A program made the position numbers and the translations under genes. Shown here piece after piece: positions 37,972 to 47,586 of a stretch of DNA of 64,000 bases. The notes under the pieces were generated by a model. It searched no databases. It was not told the DNA's origin and was given only the letters and a program-made list of their open reading frames with translations. The DNA comes from a virus. The stretch lies in the IMG/VR virus record IMGVR_UViG_3300045988_095964; one strand, written 5' to 3'. Within the stretch, counting starts at the first letter, position 1. Each line of letters starts with the position of its first letter.

Positions 37972-38323
37972 GTATGAGGCGGTCTGTGGTATCGGAGTTA
38001 TTTCTATACGTCGCCGGAAGTATACGGAGGTGTTTGTCGTGGGTCGCTTTACGCTGTTTGGGTGGAGCTTCCTCGTGCATCACGATATTAACAACCCAGA
38101 ATTTTATTCTGTCTCGGAGGTTAAGAGTGGTGCAAATCTACTTGGATATTGTTATCCTACTGTTGAAGAAGCACTGAAAGAGGCATACAAATTTATCGAG
38201 GCCAAGCGTTATTATTTCGCTACACGTGTCGGAGATTTTTGTGTCAAGCATCAGTGTAATTGGGAACGTATAAATAAGGGACTGTCATTAGGTCTCGATT
38301 GTCTGATATGGAAATTAAATTAA
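37928..38323 (+). CDS. hypothetical protein
   Basis: 131-aa ORF. The start is uncertain (44-nt overlap with dnaB). Confidence 0.4.
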   Translation: MLKPNLPPQDRKSFKYEAVCGIGVISIRRRKYTEVFVVGRFTLFGWSFLVHHDINNPEFYSVSEVKSGANLLGYCYPTVEEALKEAYKFIEAKRYYFATRVGDFCVKHQCNWERINKGLSLGLDCLIWKLN

Positions 38324-38670
38324 TCGACCAAAAAGGTGAATTTTTCACCTATCGTTTCTTAGGAAACAAGTGGCTTACCCAAAAGGTGGTCTACGACAAG
38401 GTATTTTGGTACGAGGGCTTTAAGTATTGTCTTGGCCAGCGTACCGACTTTCCTCAAATTCGGTGGGTGTTCGAGATGTCCTCCTGCGCCAGTTGTGCGC
38501 CGAAAGTTGTTGACGCTGGAAAAGTCAAATACACCGACGAGGGATTGGTCCAGCATTTTATCGACCGAAAAACGAAAGAGAATGCGAATATCGGTCGGCT
38601 CGTCGAAGAATTTCACGCAAAAATCCCCTTAATCGTACCGTTATGGAAAACAAGCATTCTTTTTCAGTAG
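38299..38670 (+). CDS. hypothetical protein
   Basis: 123-aa ORF. ATG 38308 is an alternative start. Confidence 0.45.
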   Translation: MSDMEIKLIDQKGEFFTYRFLGNKWLTQKVVYDKVFWYEGFKYCLGQRTDFPQIRWVFEMSSCASCAPKVVDAGKVKYTDEGLVQHFIDRKTKENANIGRLVEEFHAKIPLIVPLWKTSILFQ

Positions 38671-39032
38671 CCGAGATTCTCTTGGCTGTAACCCTCGTGG
38701 TTGGTGTTGTGCTTATTATTGCGTGGGTTACTGTACCGCTGTTTCGTGGAGACCGTATCGACTTATACCTGCGGGTATTCCTGCTCTTGTTTGCGGTACT
38801 GGTACTGGGTGTGTTACGCCTGTATAATGCAGTCGTGGCCAACACGCGGTATAATATTGCCTTAGTCAAGGTTCTTACTACCTTGCACAAGATGTTGCCC
38901 GGTATTCATTCCACGATGCAGAAGCAGGTGCTCACTACGAATAGTAACACCACGCGTATTAAGGCACTCTCGGAGAGTATTGAAAGTGCTCGTGAGGTTC
39001 TCGACGAAATAACCAAGAAAACCAAAAAGTAG
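38643..39032 (+). CDS. membrane protein
   Basis: Two hydrophobic segments: 'ILLAVTLVVGVVLIIAWVTV' and 'VFLLLFAVLVLGVL'. Confidence 0.5.
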   Translation: MENKHSFSVAEILLAVTLVVGVVLIIAWVTVPLFRGDRIDLYLRVFLLLFAVLVLGVLRLYNAVVANTRYNIALVKVLTTLHKMLPGIHSTMQKQVLTTNSNTTRIKALSESIESAREVLDEITKKTKK

Positions 39033-39034
39033 TC

Positions 39035-40903
39035 ATGGACCTCTTGGATGTTCTCAAAGATTTCGAACCTACACGTATGGCCAACGGTCAGATACGGTGT
39101 ATGTGTCCGTTTCGAGAGAACCATACTGACGGCAGTGGTCGGATGTCATTTTTCCTTAATCCCGAAATCGGAGCCTATCATTGTTTCGCCGGGGAAACTC
39201 GTGTTCCTACCAGTGAAGGTACCTTTTCGATAAAAGATTTATCCGGGAGAACCGTTAAGGTTCTTACTTCGAATGGTACTTTTGTGGATGCCTCTTTTAA
39301 GGAATATGGGAAACAACTTCTTTGGGAGATACATCTTACAAAGGATGGTCTTTCCAAGATTATTCGTGCCACAAGCGGTCATAGATGGTTTGTTAAAGGT
39401 GTAAAGTCAACTTTAACAACTTCAGAACTTAAAGTGGGTCATTATTTACAGTCCGTAGATTTTGCCCATGTTCAAGAGACCGAGCAGTCTTACGCTGGTA
39501 TCAGGCATGGAATTGTCTTTGGGGATGGAACTACTGATCGAAGTCGAAAGCGTATTAAAACTTTGGTTAATCTTCATGGACACAAGATGGAGTTGGCTTC
39601 TTACTTTAGTGCCACTGAGAATCGTGGTGTTAAAGTAAGAGGTACTGGTGAACGGTACATCCGTATTTATGATGTACGTGGCGGAGGTTCTTTCAAAGAG
39701 TTGCCTTTGTTATCCGCTGATCTTTCATATCTTCGTGGGTTTTTGGCTGGATACATCGCCACGGATGGTTGTATAACTGAGAAAGGAATACTGATACTTA
39801 ATTCCAGTCGTGCCGAAGACTTGGAGTTTTGTAGGCAAGCCTTTTTTAAGCTGGGTGTTTCAACAAGTTCGATACAAAGTCAATTCCGGAAGGGGTACTC
39901 TAAAGACGGTTCTCTTGTTCATAAGATGACTATTAATACTAAGAATCTCGACGCTTCTTTTTTCCTCCGGTCAGACCAAAGAGAACGGTTTATGTCCTTT
40001 CACAAGAAGTACACTCGAAATCGCTATCGGGTAACAGGCGTTATTTTTACTGGGATTCTTTCGACGGTCTATTGTGCTGAGGTACCTATTTATCATTGTT
40101 TTGCTCTCGAAGACAACATCCTTACAGGTAATTGCTTTTCATGCGGGGCTAAGGGGAGTGCCATCCGGTTACTGACGCGGGAGTTGGGCGTCAATTACTT
40201 CGATGCGGTAGAGCTGGTCAATTTGTCCGGTATTCTCGAAAGTAAGAAAGCCAAGTCGGAATTCGACCTCGACATTGTGTGGAAGATGCAACCCCCGACG
40301 TATTTCCTTAGTCGTGGGTACAAGCCATCTACGTTGCGACACTTCAAACTCGGAGAAACACTCGATGGTTGGATGATTATTCCGTTTTACTGGGAGGATT
40401 CTCTGAAAGGGTATCAACGCCGTAAACAAATTCCGGACCGTATTGTGCAGAATAATCCCGGATTCAATAAAAAGGAGTATCTGTACAACTACGATACGAG
40501 CTTTGACTACGTGATAGTAGTCGAGGGGTATTCGGATGTCATGCGGTTGTATGAACACGGGTACAATGCTACCGCTGTTCTCGGTGCTGATCTCAGTTCG
40601 TGGCAGGTGGAGAAAATATCCAAGTTTTCAACGGTATTTCTGGCATTCGATAATGACGAAGCTGGTAGACGTGCTACTGAAATAGCCTATCGGTTGATAA
40701 GTCCGCATACGGATGTCCGGTTAATTCCGTACACAACCAAGGACCCCGGTGAATGCCGTCGCCGCGGTGTGTGGAAACGATGCTTCGAAGCCGCTACGGA
40801 TTATGCCGAGTACTCAACTTATATGGCCATGTACATTGATGGTTATATAGAGATGCGCGATAAAGTGTGGAGGGAATTAAAACGAAGAAACGATGCTGTT
40901 TAG
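39035..40903 (+). CDS. dnaG: DnaG-type primase, interrupted by an intein
   Basis: The CHC2 zinc finger 'CPFRENH...YH|CFSCGAKG' is restored after splicing. TOPRIM motifs 'VVVEGYSDV' and 'FDNDEAGRRA'. Confidence 0.85.
   Translation: MDLLDVLKDFEPTRMANGQIRCMCPFRENHTDGSGRMSFFLNPEIGAYHCFAGETRVPTSEGTFSIKDLSGRTVKVLTSNGTFVDASFKEYGKQLLWEIHLTKDGLSKIIRATSGHRWFVKGVKSTLTTSELKVGHYLQSVDFAHVQETEQSYAGIRHGIVFGDGTTDRSRKRIKTLVNLHGHKMELASYFSATENRGVKVRGTGERYIRIYDVRGGGSFKELPLLSADLSYLRGFLAGYIATDGCITEKGILILNSSRAEDLEFCRQAFFKLGVSTSSIQSQFRKGYSKDGSLVHKMTINTKNLDASFFLRSDQRERFMSFHKKYTRNRYRVTGVIFTGILSTVYCAEVPIYHCFALEDNILTGNCFSCGAKGSAIRLLTRELGVNYFDAVELVNLSGILESKKAKSEFDLDIVWKMQPPTYFLSRGYKPSTLRHFKLGETLDGWMIIPFYWEDSLKGYQRRKQIPDRIVQNNPGFNKKEYLYNYDTSFDYVIVVEGYSDVMRLYEHGYNATAVLGADLSSWQVEKISKFSTVFLAFDNDEAGRRATEIAYRLISPHTDVRLIPYTTKDPGECRRRGVWKRCFEAATDYAEYSTYMAMYIDGYIEMRDKVWRELKRRNDAV
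39182..40132 (+). mobile_element. intein (317 aa) with LAGLIDADG homing endonuclease, in the primase zinc finger
   Basis: Starts 'CFAGETRV'. Block G-like 'VYCAEVPIYHCFALEDNILTGN' with +1 Cys. LAGLIDADG motifs 'GIVFGDGT' and 'FLAGYIATDGC'. Confidence 0.8.
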
Positions 40904-41582
40904 ACGTTCTCAATCTAAGATTATTCTTAGTTCAGCGAGTGACCATCTGCGGATTTATCGGATTGACGGAGATGTAGACGTAAGTTATTTGGAGGAGTTC
41001 GGTCAAGAAATTAAGACTAATTTTCCTGCTATTAGGTATGTCGCTATCTTTGTTGCAGAACCTTTTGAGATAAAACACGGTACTATCGGACGGTATACTG
41101 TAAAGGATTATTATGCCGTTCATTTTGCTCGGATTCATAATGACACTACGGAGGAACAACTTTATGCTCTTACGTGTGATGCTTTTCCGGAGGAATACTT
41201 TCCCTCGCTGGACCCTCCGGCACCAAGTGAGATGACTGCCAAAGACCCTTCTATTGGGGTAACACCTCCGGTTATCGACGCAGGAAAATTCTTCGGCGAC
41301 ACGGAAGTTTATCCTCGTGTTGACATGGACTTTGGTCGTCTCGAACCCACTCCGTTAGTACTTAACATGGATGTCGAGTTACCTATGTTGGGTAGTATCT
41401 CTGACGAGGTTAGCCGTGATGTCGCCAAACGCTATATTTTGGATGCTGTTAAAGGTGAACTTGCTAAAAATTTCGATAAGTATTTTGAGGTCGAGTTCTT
41501 AACCGAAAAGAAGCGTCCGTGGTTACCTCCCAGTATTCGAGCACGGGCTTCTTTGAAGATAATTCCGAAAAAAGCACCCTAA
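40893..41582 (+). CDS. hypothetical protein
   Basis: 229-aa ORF. Confidence 0.5.
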   Translation: MLFRRSQSKIILSSASDHLRIYRIDGDVDVSYLEEFGQEIKTNFPAIRYVAIFVAEPFEIKHGTIGRYTVKDYYAVHFARIHNDTTEEQLYALTCDAFPEEYFPSLDPPAPSEMTAKDPSIGVTPPVIDAGKFFGDTEVYPRVDMDFGRLEPTPLVLNMDVELPMLGSISDEVSRDVAKRYILDAVKGELAKNFDKYFEVEFLTEKKRPWLPPSIRARASLKIIPKKAP

Positions 41583-41628
41583 AATTAGGTGTTTGGTTTT
41601 ATCAAAAATATTTTGTATATTTATACAT
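41581..41628 (+). promoter_or_regulatory. conserved promoter cassette, copy 3
   Basis: 'AAAATTAGGTGTTTGG..'. TTTG at 41592-41595, a 20-nt spacer, then TATATTTA at 41616-41623. Confidence 0.7.
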
Positions 41629-41697
41629 AATGGACTACGTGTCCGATGTAACTATATTAGTTAACCGGCAATACAATGCCAAAAATTTTTTAAGTCT

Positions 41698-42363
41698 ATG
41701 CCCACAAGAGGAGACGGTGCTCCGCGTAGGAGCCGGACGAGTGAGGAAAGTCCTCGCAAGTCGAGTGGTTGGGGTGCAGTTGCACGCCGCCAAGCAGAAA
41801 TCGCTGAGAAGAAAGATGCGATGGAAAACCAAGTGAGGGACTTCTACCTCAAAGACGGTGAATCTGCGATTATCCAGTTTTTGCAGGATGAACCCTACTG
41901 CTACGACGCCCACAGCGTTCGTGACAAGGGAGGTCGGTTCACGGTCGTGCCGTGTCAGTTGAACACCCAGCGTCGGTGCGTTCTTTGCGCACAGGGCGTT
42001 AAACAAACGTGGCGTGCCGCGTTCAAGGTTCTCGATTACCGCGGTACGTGGAACAAGGAGAAAGGAAAGTTCAATCATGACAAACCCGTGGAAAAACTCT
42101 GGAAGGTCGGTGCTACCATCGCCAACCAGCTCAAGGCCATTCGGGATCGTCGCGGTAAGGAGCTGACCGAAATGGTACTGGAAGTTACCCGTTCGGGTGC
42201 AAGTACCGACACGTCGTACAATTTCGAGCCTGCGTTCGACGAGGACGACAACAAGATGGTTCCGAAAAAGTGGAAAGAGGAAACTCCTATCGCTGAGGAA
42301 CTCTGTCAACCGCCTACGGAGGACGAAATCGACGAGCGTGGCTACTCCAGTTCTGACGATTAA
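41698..42363 (+). CDS. gp32-like single-stranded DNA-binding protein
   Basis: H-x13-C-x7-C-x2-C ('AHSVRDKGGRFTVVPCQLNTQRRCVLC') is comparable to the T4 gp32 zinc site. Acidic C-terminal tail 'EDEIDERGYSSSDD'. Confidence 0.6.
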   Translation: MPTRGDGAPRRSRTSEESPRKSSGWGAVARRQAEIAEKKDAMENQVRDFYLKDGESAIIQFLQDEPYCYDAHSVRDKGGRFTVVPCQLNTQRRCVLCAQGVKQTWRAAFKVLDYRGTWNKEKGKFNHDKPVEKLWKVGATIANQLKAIRDRRGKELTEMVLEVTRSGASTDTSYNFEPAFDEDDNKMVPKKWKEETPIAEELCQPPTEDEIDERGYSSSDD

Positions 42364-42368
42364 CGAAC

Positions 42369-42393
42369 GGGGAGCCAAGCGCTCCCCACTTTT
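42369..42393 (+). terminator. putative terminator hairpin
   Basis: GGGGAGC / GCTCCCC stem followed by ACTTTT. The U-tract is weak. Confidence 0.45.
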
Positions 42394-42405
42394 AACTTAG
42401 AAAGT

Positions 42406-44295
42406 ATGCGTTTATTACCTCTACCTAAAGGTTCCGGTTGGTTGATCGAAACCGTTGAAGACCTTCGTGAATATTTACACGGGTTGGAAGACGGTGGTTT
42501 GCTGACATGGGACTGGGAGACTACTGGTCTCGAATACGATTGTATTCCGCTGGGAATCGCTCTGCATCAAAGGGGCCATGATTCATGCTTCTGTCCGGTA
42601 GATTTCTTTTTCTCCACCGGCCTTTCCATAAAGGAGCTGGTCGGTATTTGCAATGAGGAGTTTCCCCGGTTTCGGATGATTGGTCATAATACCAAGTTTG
42701 ACAGCATGGTCAATAAAATGCAGGGAATCAAAGATGAGTGTTGCAAGATATTCGCCGACACTATTACGATGATTCACTTGTATGACCCGGAACTGGACAT
42801 GCAGTTGGAGAAACGAGTACTGGAAGATTTCGGTTACGCAAAACCTACTTTTGAGGAAAAGTGCAATGAGGCTTTCCCCCCTGCTAAAAAGGGACAGTGG
42901 AAATGGTCTCGTATCAACTGGTCTCAAGACGGTGATAAGTTACTGGAGCTTCTTGCCACGTATGCTTGCGAGGACGCCTACTGGGAAACCAAAGTATACC
43001 ACTATTACCGACCTAAGCTCGATGCTGATGCACTGTGGGTGCTGAACAATATCGAGATGCCATTGGTAAACATTCTCCGAGACATGAAAATACGGGGTGT
43101 CGTTATAGATGTTCCGTTCTTAAAGTCTATGGAGAAAGTGGTTGAACGGAAGATCAATGAGTTGACCGAGGCTATCTACGAAGAAGCTGGTTGCGTCTTT
43201 AACCTCAACTCTGCACCACAGAAGCAGAAGATTTTCTACGACGTTCTGAAATTGCCCGTACTGAAAACTACGAAGAAAGGTGGGCGCAGTACTGATTCCG
43301 ATACTATGGAGGAGTTGGCTGACCGCGGTTATAAAATCGCGGAGTACATGGTCGAATACTCCGAGGTTCAGAAAATTGATTCCGGTTATATCAAGTCTAT
43401 TCCGGAGTTGGTTGACAGGTACAATGTATTGCGTGGCGATCTTAATTCGAACGGTACGAAAACGGGTCGTTTCTCATCGCAGAACCCTAATCTGCAAAAC
43501 CAGCCGAACAATCACGATTTTCCTATTCGGCAAGCGTTCGTTCCGCGTCCGGGGTACGTTTTTCTCAATTATGACTACTCACAACTGGAACTGCGTGTGA
43601 TGGCTCACGTCAGTCAGGATAAACACTTCTTGGAAGTATTCCGTAATGGCGAAGACCCACACGGTGACGTTGCCAAACGATTGGACATTTCCCGTAAGGG
43701 TGCCAAAGTCGTTAATTTCGGTGTACTCTATGGTATGGGTCCTGCCAAGTTGGCTAAAACTATCAACGTTTCCGAAAGTGTAGCTAACCGCATCATTTCG
43801 GTTGACTACATGAAGACGTATAGTGGTTTCGCCGCATGGAAGACACGAACGGAGAACTTTGCCAAACGTAACGGGTATGTCAAAAATATCTTCGGACGTA
43901 TTCGCCGATTGCCCGAAGCTACCAAAAGCCCTTATGAGCGTAACAATGTCGCTTATTTCAAGGCACTGCGTCAGTCGGTAAATACGATTGTGCAGGGTAG
44001 CGGTGCTGACATGGTGAAGTTATCCATGATTAAAATGGCGAAACGTTTCAAGGAGGTTGGTATCGACGCGCATTTGGTTTTACAGGTGCATGACGAGGTG
44101 CTGGTTGAGGCTCGAATATCAGACATGATGCGTGCGCAGGAAATTATTATTGACAGTATGGAGAACGCCGTTAAATTGAGCGTGCCTATGCTGGTCGATG
44201 GTAAGATCATCACGAATTGGTCTGAGATGAAAGACGACGATCTGCCCAGCCTGCCTTATCGGTTCGACTACTCACTATTAAGCGGAATACTATGA
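42406..44295 (+). CDS. polA: family A DNA polymerase with 3'-5' exonuclease domain
   Basis: Exo I 'LLTWDWETTGL'. Motif A 'DYSQLELRVMAH', motif B 'RKGAKVVNFGVLYG' and motif C 'LQVHDEVL'. Confidence 0.9.
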   Translation: MRLLPLPKGSGWLIETVEDLREYLHGLEDGGLLTWDWETTGLEYDCIPLGIALHQRGHDSCFCPVDFFFSTGLSIKELVGICNEEFPRFRMIGHNTKFDSMVNKMQGIKDECCKIFADTITMIHLYDPELDMQLEKRVLEDFGYAKPTFEEKCNEAFPPAKKGQWKWSRINWSQDGDKLLELLATYACEDAYWETKVYHYYRPKLDADALWVLNNIEMPLVNILRDMKIRGVVIDVPFLKSMEKVVERKINELTEAIYEEAGCVFNLNSAPQKQKIFYDVLKLPVLKTTKKGGRSTDSDTMEELADRGYKIAEYMVEYSEVQKIDSGYIKSIPELVDRYNVLRGDLNSNGTKTGRFSSQNPNLQNQPNNHDFPIRQAFVPRPGYVFLNYDYSQLELRVMAHVSQDKHFLEVFRNGEDPHGDVAKRLDISRKGAKVVNFGVLYGMGPAKLAKTINVSESVANRIISVDYMKTYSGFAAWKTRTENFAKRNGYVKNIFGRIRRLPEATKSPYERNNVAYFKALRQSVNTIVQGSGADMVKLSMIKMAKRFKEVGIDAHLVLQVHDEVLVEARISDMMRAQEIIIDSMENAVKLSVPMLVDGKIITNWSEMKDDDLPSLPYRFDYSLLSGIL

Positions 44296-44495
44296 TGCTG
44301 GATGACTATTTCTATACCTCTCCGGATTATGATTCCGATGAAGACGTACCTATCGACGAAAGTATGGATGACGATGAAATTCTGGAACAGAAGTACCTCG
44401 AATATGCTGAGGATGAAATTCTGTTTCCGGACGTAACCGCTGATATGGTCGCCGAAGAAATTACTCGAACAATAACAGACATTATCAATGGCTAA
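44292..44495 (+). CDS. highly acidic small protein
   Basis: 67 aa. About one third of residues are D/E and only one K and one R are present. Confidence 0.45.
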   Translation: MMLDDYFYTSPDYDSDEDVPIDESMDDDEILEQKYLEYAEDEILFPDVTADMVAEEITRTITDIING

Positions 44496-45633
44496 AAAAG
44501 CAGAAAAATCAAGTCTCGCCGCTATGCTCGGTAAGTTTACCGATACGATGGGCGTCGGGATCATTCACACTGCGGATAAGTTGCCTAACTGTCGAAAGAT
44601 AAAATGCGTTGTTCCGATGTACAACTATGTAACTACCGGAGGATTCCCTATCGGTAGAATCATAGAGCACGTGGGACCTAACGGTTCGCTTAAAAGTTAC
44701 TGCGGGTACGATGCTATTGCAAAGTTCCAGCACTACGATTGGGCCAACCATGAGGAGAACGCTTTCACCTCTTTCACGTATGAGGGTGACGGTGAGATGA
44801 AAACTATTACGGGGTATACGCTCCGTAAAGGGTATCATCCCAAGAATCCGCCCGTTTATCGGTATGTGGCGCTGGTGGATGTCGAGGCTACCTACACTCC
44901 CGACTGGGGGGAACGGTTCGGTATCGACAACGAGGGTCTTATCATTATCAGACCTCCCTTGCTGACTAACATGGTGGACATCGTTCAGACGATGCTTTCC
45001 AACGAGCTTGTCAGCTTCGTTATGATTGACAGCTTGTCCGCGGTCGGTACTGATGACGAGATGGAGAACTCTATGGAGGCTAACCAAATGGCCTCCGGCG
45101 CACGGTTTTGGAGTAAGGCATTCCGCAAGTTTCTTGCCGCCATGAATGCCAACCCGAACAAGGAAGCCACGCTTCTCTACATTAACTCACTGTATCAGAA
45201 GACGGGAGTGGTCTATGGTGATCCGGAGGTTATCCGCAATGGCGACCAGTTGGCCCGTGCAAAAACGTTATCGGTTAAGTTCAAGGCACTCAAAGCAATT
45301 CAAGGTAAAACCGATGTCGGGGACATTGTTACCGGACAGAATATTGTGATCGAGTGCGTGAAAAACAAGGTCGGCGTCAATAAACGCAAGGGCAATTTCT
45401 ACTACGCCTTTGTGGATGATGGTGTCGTGCCTGCGTTCAAGACCGACGTTAACAGCCAACTTATTGACTTGGCCATGAAATTCGGTGTGGTCGAGCGTAA
45501 GGGCGCATGGTATATTTATGAAGATGTACGTGTGCAAGGTCTCGATAATTTTGTTGACGAGGTAGTCTCCAGCGGAGTTATCAAGGACATTGAGGCACAA
45601 CTCGACGAACAGCTATGCGACACCTCTCATTAG
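44488..45633 (+). CDS. RecA-family recombinase-like ATPase
   Basis: 'TGGFPIGRIIEHVGPNGSLKS' aligns to RecA '[20 protein letters not shown]'. Walker B-like 'SFVMIDSLSAV'. Confidence 0.7.
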   Translation: MAKKAEKSSLAAMLGKFTDTMGVGIIHTADKLPNCRKIKCVVPMYNYVTTGGFPIGRIIEHVGPNGSLKSYCGYDAIAKFQHYDWANHEENAFTSFTYEGDGEMKTITGYTLRKGYHPKNPPVYRYVALVDVEATYTPDWGERFGIDNEGLIIIRPPLLTNMVDIVQTMLSNELVSFVMIDSLSAVGTDDEMENSMEANQMASGARFWSKAFRKFLAAMNANPNKEATLLYINSLYQKTGVVYGDPEVIRNGDQLARAKTLSVKFKALKAIQGKTDVGDIVTGQNIVIECVKNKVGVNKRKGNFYYAFVDDGVVPAFKTDVNSQLIDLAMKFGVVERKGAWYIYEDVRVQGLDNFVDEVVSSGVIKDIEAQLDEQLCDTSH

Positions 45634-45839
45634 TGGATTCCGAAGATTTGCGCAAGTTGTGCTATCTTGCGCTGACCCACAAGAAACATGTTAAAGTCCC
45701 TCCCGGCGATAACTATTATGCGAACGCCGTAAGAACTTCTGAAAAACTCGTTAGGCGAGTGTGCAAGAACTGTAAGTTCGAAATAGAAGAAACCAAAGGT
45801 AAAATTCGAATAAAATCAAAAGAAAATGACACTGAATGA
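45615..45839 (+). CDS. hypothetical protein
   Basis: 74-aa ORF. Confidence 0.4.
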   Translation: MRHLSLVDSEDLRKLCYLALTHKKHVKVPPGDNYYANAVRTSEKLVRRVCKNCKFEIEETKGKIRIKSKENDTE

Positions 45840-46248
45840 ATACCGGGACGCCGCGCATCAGAATGCGGTTGACCACAAATTCCACGAAGACGAACTCCGA
45901 CTGGGCGACGCTGTAAAGAATGGTTCCACCGGAGAAACCGCTGAACAGCTTTACGAAACTCTCCGCCACGTCTTTTTCGCCAAGCAGATCGCTCTGTTGC
46001 AGAGTGAGGCCGGTGAAGCGTTGGAGGCTGATCGCAAGCATCGTCGGTGTACTGCCAATCTCGACGCCGTCAAGGACGAGTGGTCTTTCAAGCACTGGGT
46101 AAAAGACACGGTTGAGGATGAACTCGCCGACGTGTTTATCCGTCTTATGGACACGTGCGGTTGGCTGGGCATCGACATCGAGAAGCATGTCGAACTCAAG
46201 ATGAAGTACAACGCCAGTCGAGAGGCGCTTCACGGAAAAGCCTACTAA
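45826..46248 (+). CDS. MazG-like nucleotide pyrophosphohydrolase
   Basis: 'SEAGEALEA' and 'EDELADVFIRLMDTCGWLGIDIEKHVELKMKYN'. Confidence 0.75.
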   Translation: MTLNEYRDAAHQNAVDHKFHEDELRLGDAVKNGSTGETAEQLYETLRHVFFAKQIALLQSEAGEALEADRKHRRCTANLDAVKDEWSFKHWVKDTVEDELADVFIRLMDTCGWLGIDIEKHVELKMKYNASREALHGKAY

Positions 46249-46481
46249 TGTATCTCGATGGTACTTGCGTAACATTCGATGCGCAAAAATGCCAAGAACT
46301 TTTTCGCCATTCCCGTAAGATTTCTTGGGAGTGGTTGAGACGTAAAATAAAAAGAGAGTTGCCGGAGTTGTATTCGGCGCTCTCTTTGAATTATCCTACC
46401 TTGTACGAGGCTGAGACTCGTTCAACAAAGACTCATTATATTTTCGTGCAATCGGCGACCGAATATTTCATACACAAATAA
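46248..46481 (+). CDS. hypothetical protein
   Basis: TAATG coupling. 77 aa. Confidence 0.45.
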   Translation: MYLDGTCVTFDAQKCQELFRHSRKISWEWLRRKIKRELPELYSALSLNYPTLYEAETRSTKTHYIFVQSATEYFIHK

Positions 46482-46483
46482 TC

Positions 46484-46918
46484 ATGTTTACAGAAGCGTG
46501 CATTTGCAAGATTCCGGCCACACATAATGCTGACCGCGTTCGAAAGCTGTTATTTAATTACTTGCTTTCGCTGGGTTATGAGATAGAATCCGGTTACTCG
46601 GAGGGAAAACTTATTGCGGCTATGGAGAACAAACGTGGTCCGCAGGTTCAGTTTTTCGATGACAATTTACGTGAGGAACATCCCGAACTCTATGAAGATA
46701 CCGGTTATATCGACTGCGGTGAGAATGTTGCCTTGTTTAAGGCGATCGCTTCCATAGCAGACAATACAGACCGTAATCAATTCTTTACTGACGGACATGA
46801 CTGGATAGTGTGTCCGTTCGATAAATTTTCGGAATTCCCGAATACCGGAGGATTCCACAAGGCAACTGTAACCGAATTATTCAATAAAAGATGGCATCCT
46901 TGGGCTGTTATTGGGTGA
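46484..46918 (+). CDS. hypothetical protein
   Basis: 144-aa ORF. Confidence 0.5.
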   Translation: MFTEACICKIPATHNADRVRKLLFNYLLSLGYEIESGYSEGKLIAAMENKRGPQVQFFDDNLREEHPELYEDTGYIDCGENVALFKAIASIADNTDRNQFFTDGHDWIVCPFDKFSEFPNTGGFHKATVTELFNKRWHPWAVIG

Positions 46919-47082
46919 TAATCTTTATCGTGACCCTTTTTCTCTATGCTACCAGCAGTAGACTGACCTCGTTCCGCTGGATGACGTTCCGTTTCTACTG
47001 GATTCTCGTACTCTTTTTGTCAGTAGTAGCTACTCTTATGCTTTTTCTTGTATGGCTGATTTTTCCATCACTCAGCGCATAA
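46891..47082 (+). CDS. small membrane protein
   Basis: 63 aa, mostly hydrophobic. Confidence 0.35.
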   Translation: MASLGCYWVIIFIVTLFLYATSSRLTSFRWMTFRFYWILVLFLSVVATLMLFLVWLIFPSLSA

Positions 47083-47345
47083 ACGGACACCTCCAACGAT
47101 TGGAGGTTACGTTTTATACGAGAATAATGGTCGTTCGGCGACATTGTTTGATTCCGAATAATCGGGATGCTATTTCATTCGGGAAAGTCTCTGACAGAAG
47201 ATTTCGTATCGGTAAAGACTATTGCTGGTACACCGAACAACTTATCGTAAGCCACTACCGAGAACTTTTTATGGCAGTGTGGTATGCGTTTTTCCACTTT
47301 TTCAAAATCCGAAGATTCATTCAACAAAAATACTATGAAAAGTAA
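47052..47345 (+). CDS. hypothetical protein
   Basis: 97-aa ORF that fills the gap. Support is weak. Confidence 0.3.
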   Translation: MADFSITQRINGHLQRLEVTFYTRIMVVRRHCLIPNNRDAISFGKVSDRRFRIGKDYCWYTEQLIVSHYRELFMAVWYAFFHFFKIRRFIQQKYYEK

Positions 47346-47586
47346 ATTAGCCGAACGCTACTTGGAGACGGTGGCGTTTCCCGGTGACGCCGGGTATCAA
47401 CTGGTTAGCGTTGTGAACGCTCGTATTGCCTGCGAACGCGCCGAGAAAGAGATTGTTGAGGAAGTCGTCCCTACTATGGGTGAACTGGTCCGAATGCTCG
47501 ACGATCTTTCCAAGGTACTCCCGCTTATCAAACAGGAAGCGGTGTACAAACAGGCCAAGTATCTTTTGGACAAGTACCATGATTGA
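47335..47586 (+). CDS. hypothetical protein
   Basis: Internal ATG at 47335. 83 aa. Confidence 0.45.
   Translation: MKSKLAERYLETVAFPGDAGYQLVSVVNARIACERAEKEIVEEVVPTMGELVRMLDDLSKVLPLIKQEAVYKQAKYLLDKYHD

Noticed and set aside
41519-41836. 105-aa ORF spanning promoter cassette 3
   Set aside because: It would have to be translated across the promoter. It overlaps the end of the upstream gene and the start of the gp32-like gene in a different frame.
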